Shown: positions 17,888 through 24,890 of the stretch, in pieces
Layout of the letters: the number at the start of each line of letters is the position of its first letter
Position numbering within the stretch: position 1 is the stretch's first letter
IMG/VR virus record: IMGVR_UViG_3300025635_000104
Coordinates: 1-31,827 of that record
Direction: 5' to 3' (one strand)
Origin: a virus
Lineage: Duplodnaviria; Caudoviricetes
DNA length: 31,827 nt
Translations under genes and position numbers: made by a program
Notes under the pieces: generated by a model
The model's database searches: none
Seen by the model: only the letters and a program-made list of their open reading frames with translations
What the model was told of the DNA's origin: nothing

Positions 17888-18033
17888 CACTTGCCCTCCG
17901 CTTTCAGCATGTCGTCGATATTCGCGCGCAACCAGGCGCTCAACGTCATGCCGGCGGCGCGCGCAGCGGCGTCCCAGCGCTTCTTCTCATCGGCCGGAAT
18001 TCGCAACTTCACCACCTCGTCCTTTCTTGCCAT
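17887..18033 (-). CDS. Ribbon-helix-helix DNA-binding protein, 48 aa
   Basis: VVKLRI strand followed by EKKRWDAAARAAGMTLSAWLR; TGATG coupling to neuB. Confidence 0.8.
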   Translation of the reverse strand: MARKDEVVKLRIPADEKKRWDAAARAAGMTLSAWLRANIDDMLKAEGK

Positions 18034-18039
18034 GTGAGA

Positions 18040-18068
18040 AGTGTGGCCACAAACCCTGGGGCTGTCAA
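18040..18068 (-). promoter_or_regulatory. Putative sigma70-type promoter for a leaderless RHH-neu-terL transcript
   Basis: TTGACA (18068-18063), 17-bp spacer, CACACT (18045-18040), ATG 7 nt later with no Shine-Dalgarno. Confidence 0.55.
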
Positions 18069-18102
18069 CTCTGTGGTGGAAGGGTAAAAATTGTGGCCAC
18101 AA
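18042..18102. promoter_or_regulatory. Two palindromic operator-like sites TGTGGCCACA, 50 bp apart
   Basis: 18042-18051 and 18092-18101 (TTGTGGCCACAA at 18091-18102); third variant at 19147-19166. Confidence 0.65.
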
Positions 18103-18229
18103 AGCTGGGAGGTTTTCAAATTGCTCGCGGAGCTACTACGTACACGTATCCGTGTCGGCGCAGCCCCACCGCCAGGGGTCGCCGCGCCACGCTCCGAGCT
18201 TTGTGCTGCACTGCGATGGGGTACGAGCC

Positions 18230-18244
18230 TACCCCCATTCGGGT
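18230..18244 (+). repeat. 15-bp direct repeat TACCCCCATTCGGGT, copy 1
   Basis: Identical to 21239-21253. Confidence 0.8.
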
Positions 18245-18429
18245 GTGTTGCTCGGGTCTAGTTCGCAGAACGGGTGTTATGTCAAATGGGAGAGCGATGC
18301 AGCATGAAGGGTGAAGGGGCGAACATGCCGGCGAACGGCGCATCGCTGTGCGGCTCGTGCGTGTAGGGCAGAGGCCGGAGCGCAGCGAGATTCAACCTTT
18401 GACCTTTGCCCGGAATGGCCGTGACCACA

Positions 18430-18456
18430 GAGTCGATAGCTATTGACTATCGACTC
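18430..18456. repeat. Inverted repeat downstream of the putative terS
   Basis: GAGTCGATAG-7 nt-CTATCGACTC; no U-tract. Confidence 0.6.
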
Positions 18457-18470
18457 GAGCGCTTCGATAG

Positions 18471-18860
18471 CTACATGAGATCCTCGACTGTCGGCTCACG
18501 GAACTCGGCGTCGACCGTGACCGCAGGACGCTTGCGGTCCACCAGCGTATCGAGTTTGCCGTCTATCGCTTCGAGCCGCTGTAGCAGCTCAGAATCGCTT
18601 AGCTTGCCGATACTGGCGAATGGGTGCGTCAAGCTAGCGCCATCCTCCGGTCGTTCGCTGTAGCCCGCCAACCTGGCCATCGTGGCGACCATCGCTGCCC
18701 AGCGGTCCGGGTTGCGAGCGGCATATGCCTTGATGTCATCAACCGTCGGCGCCCCGAGCATCGCCCGAATCAGCTCCGGGCGGAATGCTGCGCGGTCCAG
18801 ACTCTGGATCTGCAGTAGCAGTGCTCGCCCCTCCGCGGACCTTTCCACTGCGGCGACCAT
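18471..18860 (-). CDS. Putative terminase small subunit (oligomerisation/C-terminal part), ~129 aa
   Basis: Helical; C-terminal KLSDSELLQRL...TVDAEF pattern common in TerS; upstream of terL on same strand; start uncertain (ORF open to 18956). Confidence 0.5.
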   Translation of the reverse strand: MVAAVERSAEGRALLLQIQSLDRAAFRPELIRAMLGAPTVDDIKAYAARNPDRWAAMVATMARLAGYSERPEDGASLTHPFASIGKLSDSELLQRLEAIDGKLDTLVDRKRPAVTVDAEFREPTVEDLM

Positions 18861-19062
18861 GTTGCCGCACTGCTCTGGATACGATCCATTTGTCGATAAG
18901 TCCGGGACTGGTGACGTATTCGCCGCCGGGAAGCTTGCAGGCCGGGAATCCGTCATGTTCGATCCACCTTGTCAGTGTGTGCGGGTGGCAACCAACCTTC
19001 GCCGCGATCTTGCTTATCGTGACCACAAGATCGCCATTACCCGCAATGTGCCGCCTACTCAT
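18739..19062 (-). CDS. MerR/Xis-like winged-HTH DNA-binding protein
   Basis: ISKIAAKVGCHPHTLTRWIEHDGFPACKLPGGEY..IDKW; low-complexity tail overlaps the next ORF. Confidence 0.7.
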   Translation of the reverse strand: MSRRHIAGNGDLVVTISKIAAKVGCHPHTLTRWIEHDGFPACKLPGGEYVTSPGLIDKWIVSRAVRQHGRRSGKVRGGASTATADPESGPRSIPPGADSGDARGADG

Positions 19063-19145
19063 GCGCCGAGACTAGGCTGCATCGCATCGGAATATCAAGC
19101 CCCGGCGATATGAAAAACGGATCTATGCGATTTTCCGCAAGCGCC

Positions 19146-19173
19146 TTGCATTGTGGCCACGATGCATCATACT
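19146..19173 (+). promoter_or_regulatory. Putative rightward promoter overlapped by a 20-bp near-palindrome
   Basis: TTGCAT-16 bp-CATACT; TGCATTGTGGCCACGATGCA at 19147-19166. Confidence 0.5.
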
Positions 19174-19210
19174 GATACACACCAACTAGCAGCGAACGAG
19201 GAACCGAGAC

Positions 19211-19411
19211 ATGACCAAGAGCGAATCCCGCGAGATCTTCAAGGCCCGCATCGTGGCACCCACCATGCCGGAGCTCGCCGCAATGGCCCTTGCCACCGTG
19301 CACCGCAGCGCGCGCCGCGCCGACACCAAAGCCGCCTGCGAACTCGCGCTGACCGAGTGCGGACTGTGGCACTACGTGACCGAGCGCAACGGCGCAATCG
19401 TCCCCCGCTGA
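19211..19411 (+). CDS. Hypothetical early protein, 66 aa
   Basis: GAGGA RBS in repeated leader. Confidence 0.7.
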   Translation: MTKSESREIFKARIVAPTMPELAAMALATVHRSARRADTKAACELALTECGLWHYVTERNGAIVPR

Positions 19412-19424
19412 CAGCCGATTAGCC

Positions 19425-19448
19425 TAAGCGCTCCGAGCGGAGCGCTTA
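19425..19448. repeat. Intergenic hairpin
   Basis: TAAGCGCTCCG-AG-CGGAGCGCTTA, extendable by CGATT/AATCG. Confidence 0.75.
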
Positions 19449-19486
19449 CACGAATCGACCGACAACAACGAACGAGGAACCGAGAC

Positions 19487-19645
19487 ATGAACTACTCCAC
19501 CTTGTCGACCGCCAAACTGATCGCATTGGTCACGGCCGCGCAGGAAATTCAAAAGCGCAACCATCCGCACACGGATGTGTGGCAATCGGCCAGCGTCACG
19601 ATCAATACCCTTGCACCCATCATCGCGCAGCGGGCCGACAAGTGA
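19487..19645 (+). CDS. Hypothetical early protein, 52 aa (not in ORF track)
   Basis: MNYSTLSTAKLIALVTAAQEIQKRN...; same leader as the 19211 gene. Confidence 0.7.
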   Translation: MNYSTLSTAKLIALVTAAQEIQKRNHPHTDVWQSASVTINTLAPIIAQRADK

Positions 19646-19743
19646 CCACCATCACCCTACTAGCTATCGGCCGCCACCTGTACGCACTAGAGCGCATCGG
19701 CGACCGCACGATCATCACACTGCTAACTGTCAACGAGGATTGA
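19642..19743 (+). CDS. Possible 33-aa peptide
   Basis: GTGA overlap with upstream stop; fills the gap to the next leader. Confidence 0.35.
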   Translation: MTTITLLAIGRHLYALERIGDRTIITLLTVNED

Positions 19744-19747
19744 ACCG

Positions 19748-19975
19748 ATGACCCGCAAACCGACTATCTACGAAGCCTTGACCGCCAAGCTAGGCCGCGA
19801 GCCTACCAATGCGGAATGCAGCGCCGAATGCCGCCGCATCATCGTCAGCGTAGGCAGCGACGCCCCCGCGCAGCGCTACCGTGTGGAGCGCCGCACCTTC
19901 GACACGATGCAGGAGGCGCAGGCATACGCCAATCGATTCCTGCCGCGCATCGTCGCCATTACACACGCCGTGTAG
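19748..19975 (+). CDS. Hypothetical early protein, 75 aa
   Basis: GAGGA RBS in repeated leader. Confidence 0.7.
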   Translation: MTRKPTIYEALTAKLGREPTNAECSAECRRIIVSVGSDAPAQRYRVERRTFDTMQEAQAYANRFLPRIVAITHAV

Positions 19976-19985
19976 CCGCCACCCC

Positions 19986-20016
19986 TATGCCGCATAGCTC
20001 CACGCTATGCGGCATA
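19986..20016. repeat. Intergenic hairpin
   Basis: TATGCCGCATAGC-TCCAC-GCTATGCGGCATA with imperfect outer stem. Confidence 0.75.
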
Positions 20017-20065
20017 CAGGTGCCGACTACTGCACCGCACAACAAAACGACTGAGGATTGAACCA

Positions 20066-20689
20066 ATGAACGCACCGATTACCACCGCGCCCGTTATGCC
20101 TGACCGCGATCGCATTCTCGCGCTCCTGCGCGAATTCGCCGAGCAGCGTCCCGGCCTCGAATTCGGCAACTATGGCGACGTGGCCGCCTACCGCGCGGAG
20201 TCGCGCAGCATTACCCGCGATCTGCACCACGCGCGTGAATTGCTGGCCTACGTGCAGCGCTCGCGCATGAGCGCGGAAACGCTCCGCGCTTCGTTCGATG
20301 CGTACAGCGGCCGCCTGTCCCTGACCGAGCACGACGGCACGTGGCGCCTTGACTACTGCACCGGCCAGTACTTCCCCACCGAATACCGCCGCGCCGTGTG
20401 CGCCGTGCTCGCCGCCGCGTGCTGGTCGTATTGGCGCGACGAATGCATGCCGGCGCCGGACGCCTACCGCGTGGAATCGTGGGGCGCGTGGGACGGCTCG
20501 CGCTTCAACCATGCGCGGCACACCGCCGTGCAGAATCGCGAAGCCGCAGAGGCGCAGCTCGCAGACTTCGGCGGCCAGGCATATGGCCATGTGGTCGAAT
20601 TGTTCAACGGCGAGAGCGCCGGCGACTACTTGCGCGCCTGCGCCCGTCGCGAGCTCGGCGCCACCATCGCGCGCCGTTGGTTCCGCTGA
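20066..20689 (+). CDS. Hypothetical early protein, 207 aa
   Basis: GAGGA RBS; globular-looking sequence (QRPGLEFGNYG, YCTGQYFPTEYR). Confidence 0.8.
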   Translation: MNAPITTAPVMPDRDRILALLREFAEQRPGLEFGNYGDVAAYRAESRSITRDLHHARELLAYVQRSRMSAETLRASFDAYSGRLSLTEHDGTWRLDYCTGQYFPTEYRRAVCAVLAAACWSYWRDECMPAPDAYRVESWGAWDGSRFNHARHTAVQNREAAEAQLADFGGQAYGHVVELFNGESAGDYLRACARRELGATIARRWFR

Positions 20690-20698
20690 CACCTACAC

Positions 20699-20723
20699 GC
20701 CCCGCGCTTCAACCGCGCGGGGC
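20699..20723. repeat. Intergenic hairpin
   Basis: GCCCCGCGC-7 nt-GCGCGGGGC. Confidence 0.65.
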
Positions 20724-20746
20724 TCGAAACTTGGAGGGATGACGAT

Positions 20747-20950
20747 ATGAAAATCACGATTGCTAGCCGCTACTGGTCGCAGAATTGCCCCGTGTTCTAC
20801 GTGGAATCCGTGAAAGGAAAAATCGGCGACTGGGGATATACCACCGACTACCACAAGGCCGCCGCGCTTACCCCGTATTGGCAGCGCCGTTTTGCGGCCG
20901 ATTGCCGGTGCGTCGGCGTGGAAGCGCGGTTTACGGAGTTGGATCGATGA
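20747..20950 (+). CDS. Hypothetical protein, 67 aa
   Basis: GGAGGG RBS; ATGA coupling to next gene. Confidence 0.65.
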   Translation: MKITIASRYWSQNCPVFYVESVKGKIGDWGYTTDYHKAAALTPYWQRRFAADCRCVGVEARFTELDR

Positions 20951-21228
20951 TCCGCCCCACCCCCTCAGAGCTCCGTACCGCGCGCGTAGGCGCGCGACTG
21001 AGCCAAGCCGCGGCCGGTGCCCTGCTCGGCGTCTCGCGCGTGTCCTGGTCGCGCTGGGAGAGCGAGACGAGCGGCTTCACCATGCCGCCGGGATTGTGGA
21101 TCGCTTTCCGCGCCGTGCTCGAGTCCGGCGAAGCCGCGCGCTGGGCCGCCACCTTGGCCGACTTGAAAAGCTCAGCGGCGCGCACCCGCGCGCGTGAGCG
21201 CCTGGCCGCAAACCGCACTGAAGCATAG
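20947..21228 (+). CDS. XRE-family HTH protein, 93 aa
   Basis: ELRTARVGARLSQAAAGALLGVSRVSWSRWE; ATG at 20947. Confidence 0.8.
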   Translation: MIRPTPSELRTARVGARLSQAAAGALLGVSRVSWSRWESETSGFTMPPGLWIAFRAVLESGEAARWAATLADLKSSAARTRARERLAANRTEA

Positions 21229-21238
21229 CCCTTTCAGG

Positions 21239-21253
21239 TACCCCCATTCGGGT
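21239..21253 (+). repeat. 15-bp direct repeat TACCCCCATTCGGGT, copy 2
   Basis: Identical to 18230-18244. Confidence 0.8.
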
Positions 21254-21300
21254 AGGGGTGGCTGCGGCCACCACTGCCCCCGCGCGGCCCGCGAAAGCGC

Positions 21301-21429
21301 AAAAAATCACGCGGTTAAGATGTTAAGATAATACCCCCTTTTTTAAAAAGTCCTCATGAAAAAACATAGGGAAAACTTTTAAAATAGGCCTGTTTTCTTA
21401 ACATCTTCACCGCTGCACCGCAGCAAAAC
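21301..21429. other. Putative replication origin
   Basis: AT-rich island right after the primase stop; 18-bp inverted repeat (21311-21328 / 21396-21413, one mismatch) containing tandem GTTAAGAT. Confidence 0.6.
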
Positions 21430-23724
21430 CTATTCTACGTCCGAAAGCGATGTTATTTGCAGATTCAACCCGCAAAAAACAGCGCCTTTCTTTGCGTATT
21501 CTTTTGCAAAGCCGCGGTCCTGCAATCTTTTGCTAAGTGCCTTCGCGCTCGACACAAAACGCAATTCTCCGCGCGCTCGCGCCCATGCTTCCCAGTCCCC
21601 CCACAAGCTAGACAGACTACACTTTTGGGTAGGTTCCAATACACACCGTTCGCGCAGCCAGTCCGCCAGCAAGTCCATATCTGACCGGTATTCGCGCCGC
21701 GCCGCCTGTACCGGTGGCGGAAACACGAGTCCTTTTTGGCGCAGGTAATCGAGGTGGCCGCGCACGATCCAAGCCAATATCCCGCGCGCCTCCGCGCGCA
21801 GCCGCGCCTGCCGCTGGGGATCTTTGGCGGGGTCATTCTCGAACGAGCGTTCGCACTTGAGGGTGCAGAGGCGCCGCCAGATACCGAGATCATCGCCGCG
21901 GATGAGCGGCTTGTGATTGGTGGACATCCAAGCGGTCCACGTGGGTTGGATCTGAACAATGGTGCCCGAGTACAGCGCTCGCGCGGGAATTTTGTCACCG
22001 CCGGCCATAGCCTTGATCACGTCCTCGCGCAGCTCGGCGTCCTTTGGCGGTTCGGACACCAGTACCAGCCGCGCGCCGATGAGGTCAAGTAGGTCAGGCC
22101 GCGCCAGGCCAGCGTTGCCGGGGTTGGCGGGGTCGCGGACGAACGACGACGAGTGCGCGCTGAGCGCATGCGCGCCGAGTGGATGCACGATTGAGTTCAG
22201 CAGCGTGCTTTTACCGTTGCCGCCGCCGCCGTAGGGGATCACCAGAATGTCCTCGACGGGATCGCCGCTGACCGAGTAGCCGATCAGCCGCTGGAAAAAT
22301 CGCACCATTTCCATGTCGCCCTGCATGACATCGAATAGCGTTTCCTCGAACAGCGGACACTGCGCCGCGGCGTCATAGTCCACAGCGGCGACGCGCGTTA
22401 TCCGATGCGCGCGGTCAGGCGGCAGGAGCGCGCCGGTCATGAGGTCGACTACGCCGTTTCGCACGCCCAGGTATCGCGCCTGCGCGTCGATCTCACTGGC
22501 GCGCACCCATAGGGACGGCTCGAGCGTGGCGATCTTCACCATGTGCTCATACATCGACCACCGCTGCGACGCGGCGCACCATTTGAGCAGATCGGCTTTT
22601 TCCTTGTCCGAGTCGCAGGCGTCCACGTCCGCGCGCATGCTGTCCACAATCGACTTCGCGAGCTGTTGCGGATACGTCAGCGACACTTTGTCCCACCAGC
22701 CGCCGTTGAAGTGGTAGAACTGCCCTGTCTCCGGGCAGAACATAAGGTCACGCCCGAACGCATCCACGAGCCGCTGAGCGTTACCCGCCTCGGTGCGCGC
22801 GTAACCGCCGCCCCTCGCCCTCAGACTCTCCCCGCGGAGCGCCACCAGCCACTTCAGCGTGATCGGCCGCCCGCTGCGCTTGCCGAATGACTCCCACTTC
22901 GCCACGAGCACATCCGCGTCATAGTTGTCCGCGCCACTGCTCCACGTCTCCCACACGTCCCGCCATTCCGCGGTCCCGCCCCCCTCGTGGTGGAGCGCCA
23001 TCCCGACGCGCAGCCACCCATCGTAGTCCGCGGGGTCTCCGGCAAACTCGAGCAGCGCCCGCGCCTCATCGATTGACAGCCCCAGTGGTGGGACGTAATC
23101 TGACATTGGGTCGCCGGTCTCCCCCCTCGTGTCCGGCGCCCGGTTCTCGTTCAGTCCTCTATCCCCTGTTTGAGGGGGCGCAGTCGCAAGGCTCGCCCCC
23201 TCTTCTTTTTCCGCCTCGCACGCAGCGAGCCACCCTTCGACCGCCGACCAATCCGTCAGCGGCGCATCGCTCGGCGCCCATTCGATGAGCCCGCCGTACA
23301 AGTCGGTCCACTCGTAGTCCTTGCCCGTCACCGGGTGCGTGCCGTAGACCACGCACTGTTGCCCCGTGGCCAAGACCTCGAGCGCTCCGCGCTTCGCCTT
23401 CGGGTGCGGTCCGCTGAGCCGATAGAGCAGCAGCCGCTTCGGTGGTAGCCCGACGCGCGTCGGCGCATAGCCAAGCAGCTCGTAGGCCAACTGCTCGCAG
23501 CGCGCGGCGAACACCTCATCGGATGAGTCGATGTCCAGCGCCACGAAGTACCAAGGCGCAACGCCCAACACCAGGCCGACGTTGCACTCGGCGTGCTTGG
23601 TGAACACGTCGGGGGGTGAGGCGTAGCGGGGATCTGACCAGCGTGGCAGAAACGCAGCCTTGCCGCGCGTAGGGGTGACGGTGTAGCCCGCCGCTTGAAG
23701 CGCGGCGCCGAGTGTGCTGAACAT
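21430..23724 (-). CDS. Prim-pol/PriCT-2/P4(D5)-family primase-helicase, 764 aa
   Basis: N-terminal LDID; DYDGWLRVGMALHH..WS..KWESF; TEAGNAQRL; Walker A GGGGNGKST; TNHKP..DLGIWRR. Confidence 0.92.
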   Translation of the reverse strand: MFSTLGAALQAAGYTVTPTRGKAAFLPRWSDPRYASPPDVFTKHAECNVGLVLGVAPWYFVALDIDSSDEVFAARCEQLAYELLGYAPTRVGLPPKRLLLYRLSGPHPKAKRGALEVLATGQQCVVYGTHPVTGKDYEWTDLYGGLIEWAPSDAPLTDWSAVEGWLAACEAEKEEGASLATAPPQTGDRGLNENRAPDTRGETGDPMSDYVPPLGLSIDEARALLEFAGDPADYDGWLRVGMALHHEGGGTAEWRDVWETWSSGADNYDADVLVAKWESFGKRSGRPITLKWLVALRGESLRARGGGYARTEAGNAQRLVDAFGRDLMFCPETGQFYHFNGGWWDKVSLTYPQQLAKSIVDSMRADVDACDSDKEKADLLKWCAASQRWSMYEHMVKIATLEPSLWVRASEIDAQARYLGVRNGVVDLMTGALLPPDRAHRITRVAAVDYDAAAQCPLFEETLFDVMQGDMEMVRFFQRLIGYSVSGDPVEDILVIPYGGGGNGKSTLLNSIVHPLGAHALSAHSSSFVRDPANPGNAGLARPDLLDLIGARLVLVSEPPKDAELREDVIKAMAGGDKIPARALYSGTIVQIQPTWTAWMSTNHKPLIRGDDLGIWRRLCTLKCERSFENDPAKDPQRQARLRAEARGILAWIVRGHLDYLRQKGLVFPPPVQAARREYRSDMDLLADWLRERCVLEPTQKCSLSSLWGDWEAWARARGELRFVSSAKALSKRLQDRGFAKEYAKKGAVFCGLNLQITSLSDVE

Positions 23725-23727
23725 GAG

Positions 23728-23958
23728 TCAATCCTCGTTTTTCTGGTAGTGCGGGCAGCGCCGGCAAGCATCGCACAACTCGCCCCGTCCGATCCCCGTG
23801 GCCGCTTCGAGTCGGCCAGCCAAATCGGCGGACGCCGCCCGCTGCCCGTACACCACATGGCGCAGCGCGTCGACGCTACTCTTGACAGCGCGGGCCAGCG
23901 CGCGTTTATCATCAGGCTCGGCGTCGCGCCACCATTGTTTGAGAGCGGTTAAGCGCAT
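23728..23958 (-). CDS. Cro-like HTH protein with Cys-rich tail, 76 aa
   Basis: KRALARAVKSSVDALRHVVYGQRAASADLAGRLE; C-terminal CDACRRC. Confidence 0.65.
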   Translation of the reverse strand: MRLTALKQWWRDAEPDDKRALARAVKSSVDALRHVVYGQRAASADLAGRLEAATGIGRGELCDACRRCPHYQKNED

Positions 23959-24422
23959 CGCGCGGCCTCCGGTTGCGGCATTTCTGCCGGTAGTAGTTGA
24001 AGCGCGTACAGGCCGCCTTTGGTGAAGCCCACGTGCTTAAATCCGGCCCGGCGGTAGCAGCGACCGGGGTCACGCTTGCGGCGTGTCTTGCTGGCGTCTA
24101 CGAAAGTAATCATGCCGAGTTCAGGCGCCGGCCCGTAGAACGCCAGCGTGGCCGCGACGGCTTCGCGGATGAGATCGCTGCTGCGATACAACAGCGATTC
24201 ATTGCGGAAGGCGCTGCACACCCATGCGCCGGCCCATGCGTGGCGCACGTATTCAGCGAACGGCCACGAGGTGATCCAGAAAGCGTCGCAGTCTTCGGTT
24301 TTCAGCACAAGGCAACGCCCCGGTGGTGCGAACTGCGGGGACCCGATTTTCTGACGGTTGTAATGCCGGTCCGCCAGCGGTACAACTTGCGCGTCGGCGC
24401 GATGGGATTTCAACCAGTCCAT
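23949..24422 (-). CDS. Putative Mom-like/GNAT-fold protein, ~157 aa
   Basis: ADRHY, FRNE, ITFVD...PGRCYRRAGF..VGFT resemble Mom/XF1762-type proteins; start at 24422 or 24476. Confidence 0.5.
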   Translation of the reverse strand: MDWLKSHRADAQVVPLADRHYNRQKIGSPQFAPPGRCLVLKTEDCDAFWITSWPFAEYVRHAWAGAWVCSAFRNESLLYRSSDLIREAVAATLAFYGPAPELGMITFVDASKTRRKRDPGRCYRRAGFKHVGFTKGGLYALQLLPAEMPQPEAARCA

Positions 24423-24447
24423 TTCGCAAATTCTTTCGGCTTCATGC

Positions 24448-24477
24448 TTGACAGCACCTTGGACCATCTGGTACACA
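24448..24477 (+). promoter_or_regulatory. Possible promoter for replication operon
   Basis: TTGACA at 24448-24453 and weak TACACA -10 at the strand switch. Confidence 0.35.
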
Positions 24478-24524
24478 TAGCTTCAAGCAACCGAGAACCG
24501 AAGTCAACCTGAGAGGAACAACTG

Positions 24525-24890
24525 ATGAGCTTGGAATCTGAAATCAAAGCGCTGACCGCCGCGGTGCAGCAACTGACGGAGATGCTGCGCAACCAGGCGC
24601 AGATGCCGTTGCCCGAGCCGGTGAACGGCCCGGAGACGCAACCGGAAGTCGTTGAGCAGAAAGCCGTGCTCGAGGTGGCCGCGGACAATACCGGCACGGT
24701 CACCGTGACGCCCGTAGCGGCGACGCTCGAAGACTGCAAGGCGGCGTTCCGCGTCTATGCCAAGCAGTTCGAGACGCCGAGCGACGCGCACAAGGCCGGC
24801 GCGGCGCTGCTGGCGAAGTTCGGCGCGGCGAAGTTGCCGGAACTCAAGGCGGACGACTACGCGGCGTTCGTGGCTGCCTGTCAGCCATGA
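24525..24890 (+). CDS. Conserved-type phage protein preceding DUF2800, 121 aa
   Basis: GAGGA RBS; C-terminal LLAKFGAAKLPELKADDYAAF typical of APSE-type modules. Confidence 0.75.
   Translation: MSLESEIKALTAAVQQLTEMLRNQAQMPLPEPVNGPETQPEVVEQKAVLEVAADNTGTVTVTPVAATLEDCKAAFRVYAKQFETPSDAHKAGAALLAKFGAAKLPELKADDYAAFVAACQP

Larger units (their letters stand above)
19193..19490 (+). repeat. 22-bp direct repeat CGAACGAGGAACCGAGACATGA (RBS plus start codon)
   Basis: Exact copies at 19193-19214 and 19469-19490; related GAGGATTGAACCRATGA at 19735-19751 and 20053-20069. Confidence 0.85.

Noticed and set aside
19193-20069. CRISPR array or integron attC interpretation of the repeats
   Set aside because: Repeats are RBS/start leaders separated by whole ORFs of unequal length; no cas1/cas2 or integron integrase; no attC core sites recognised
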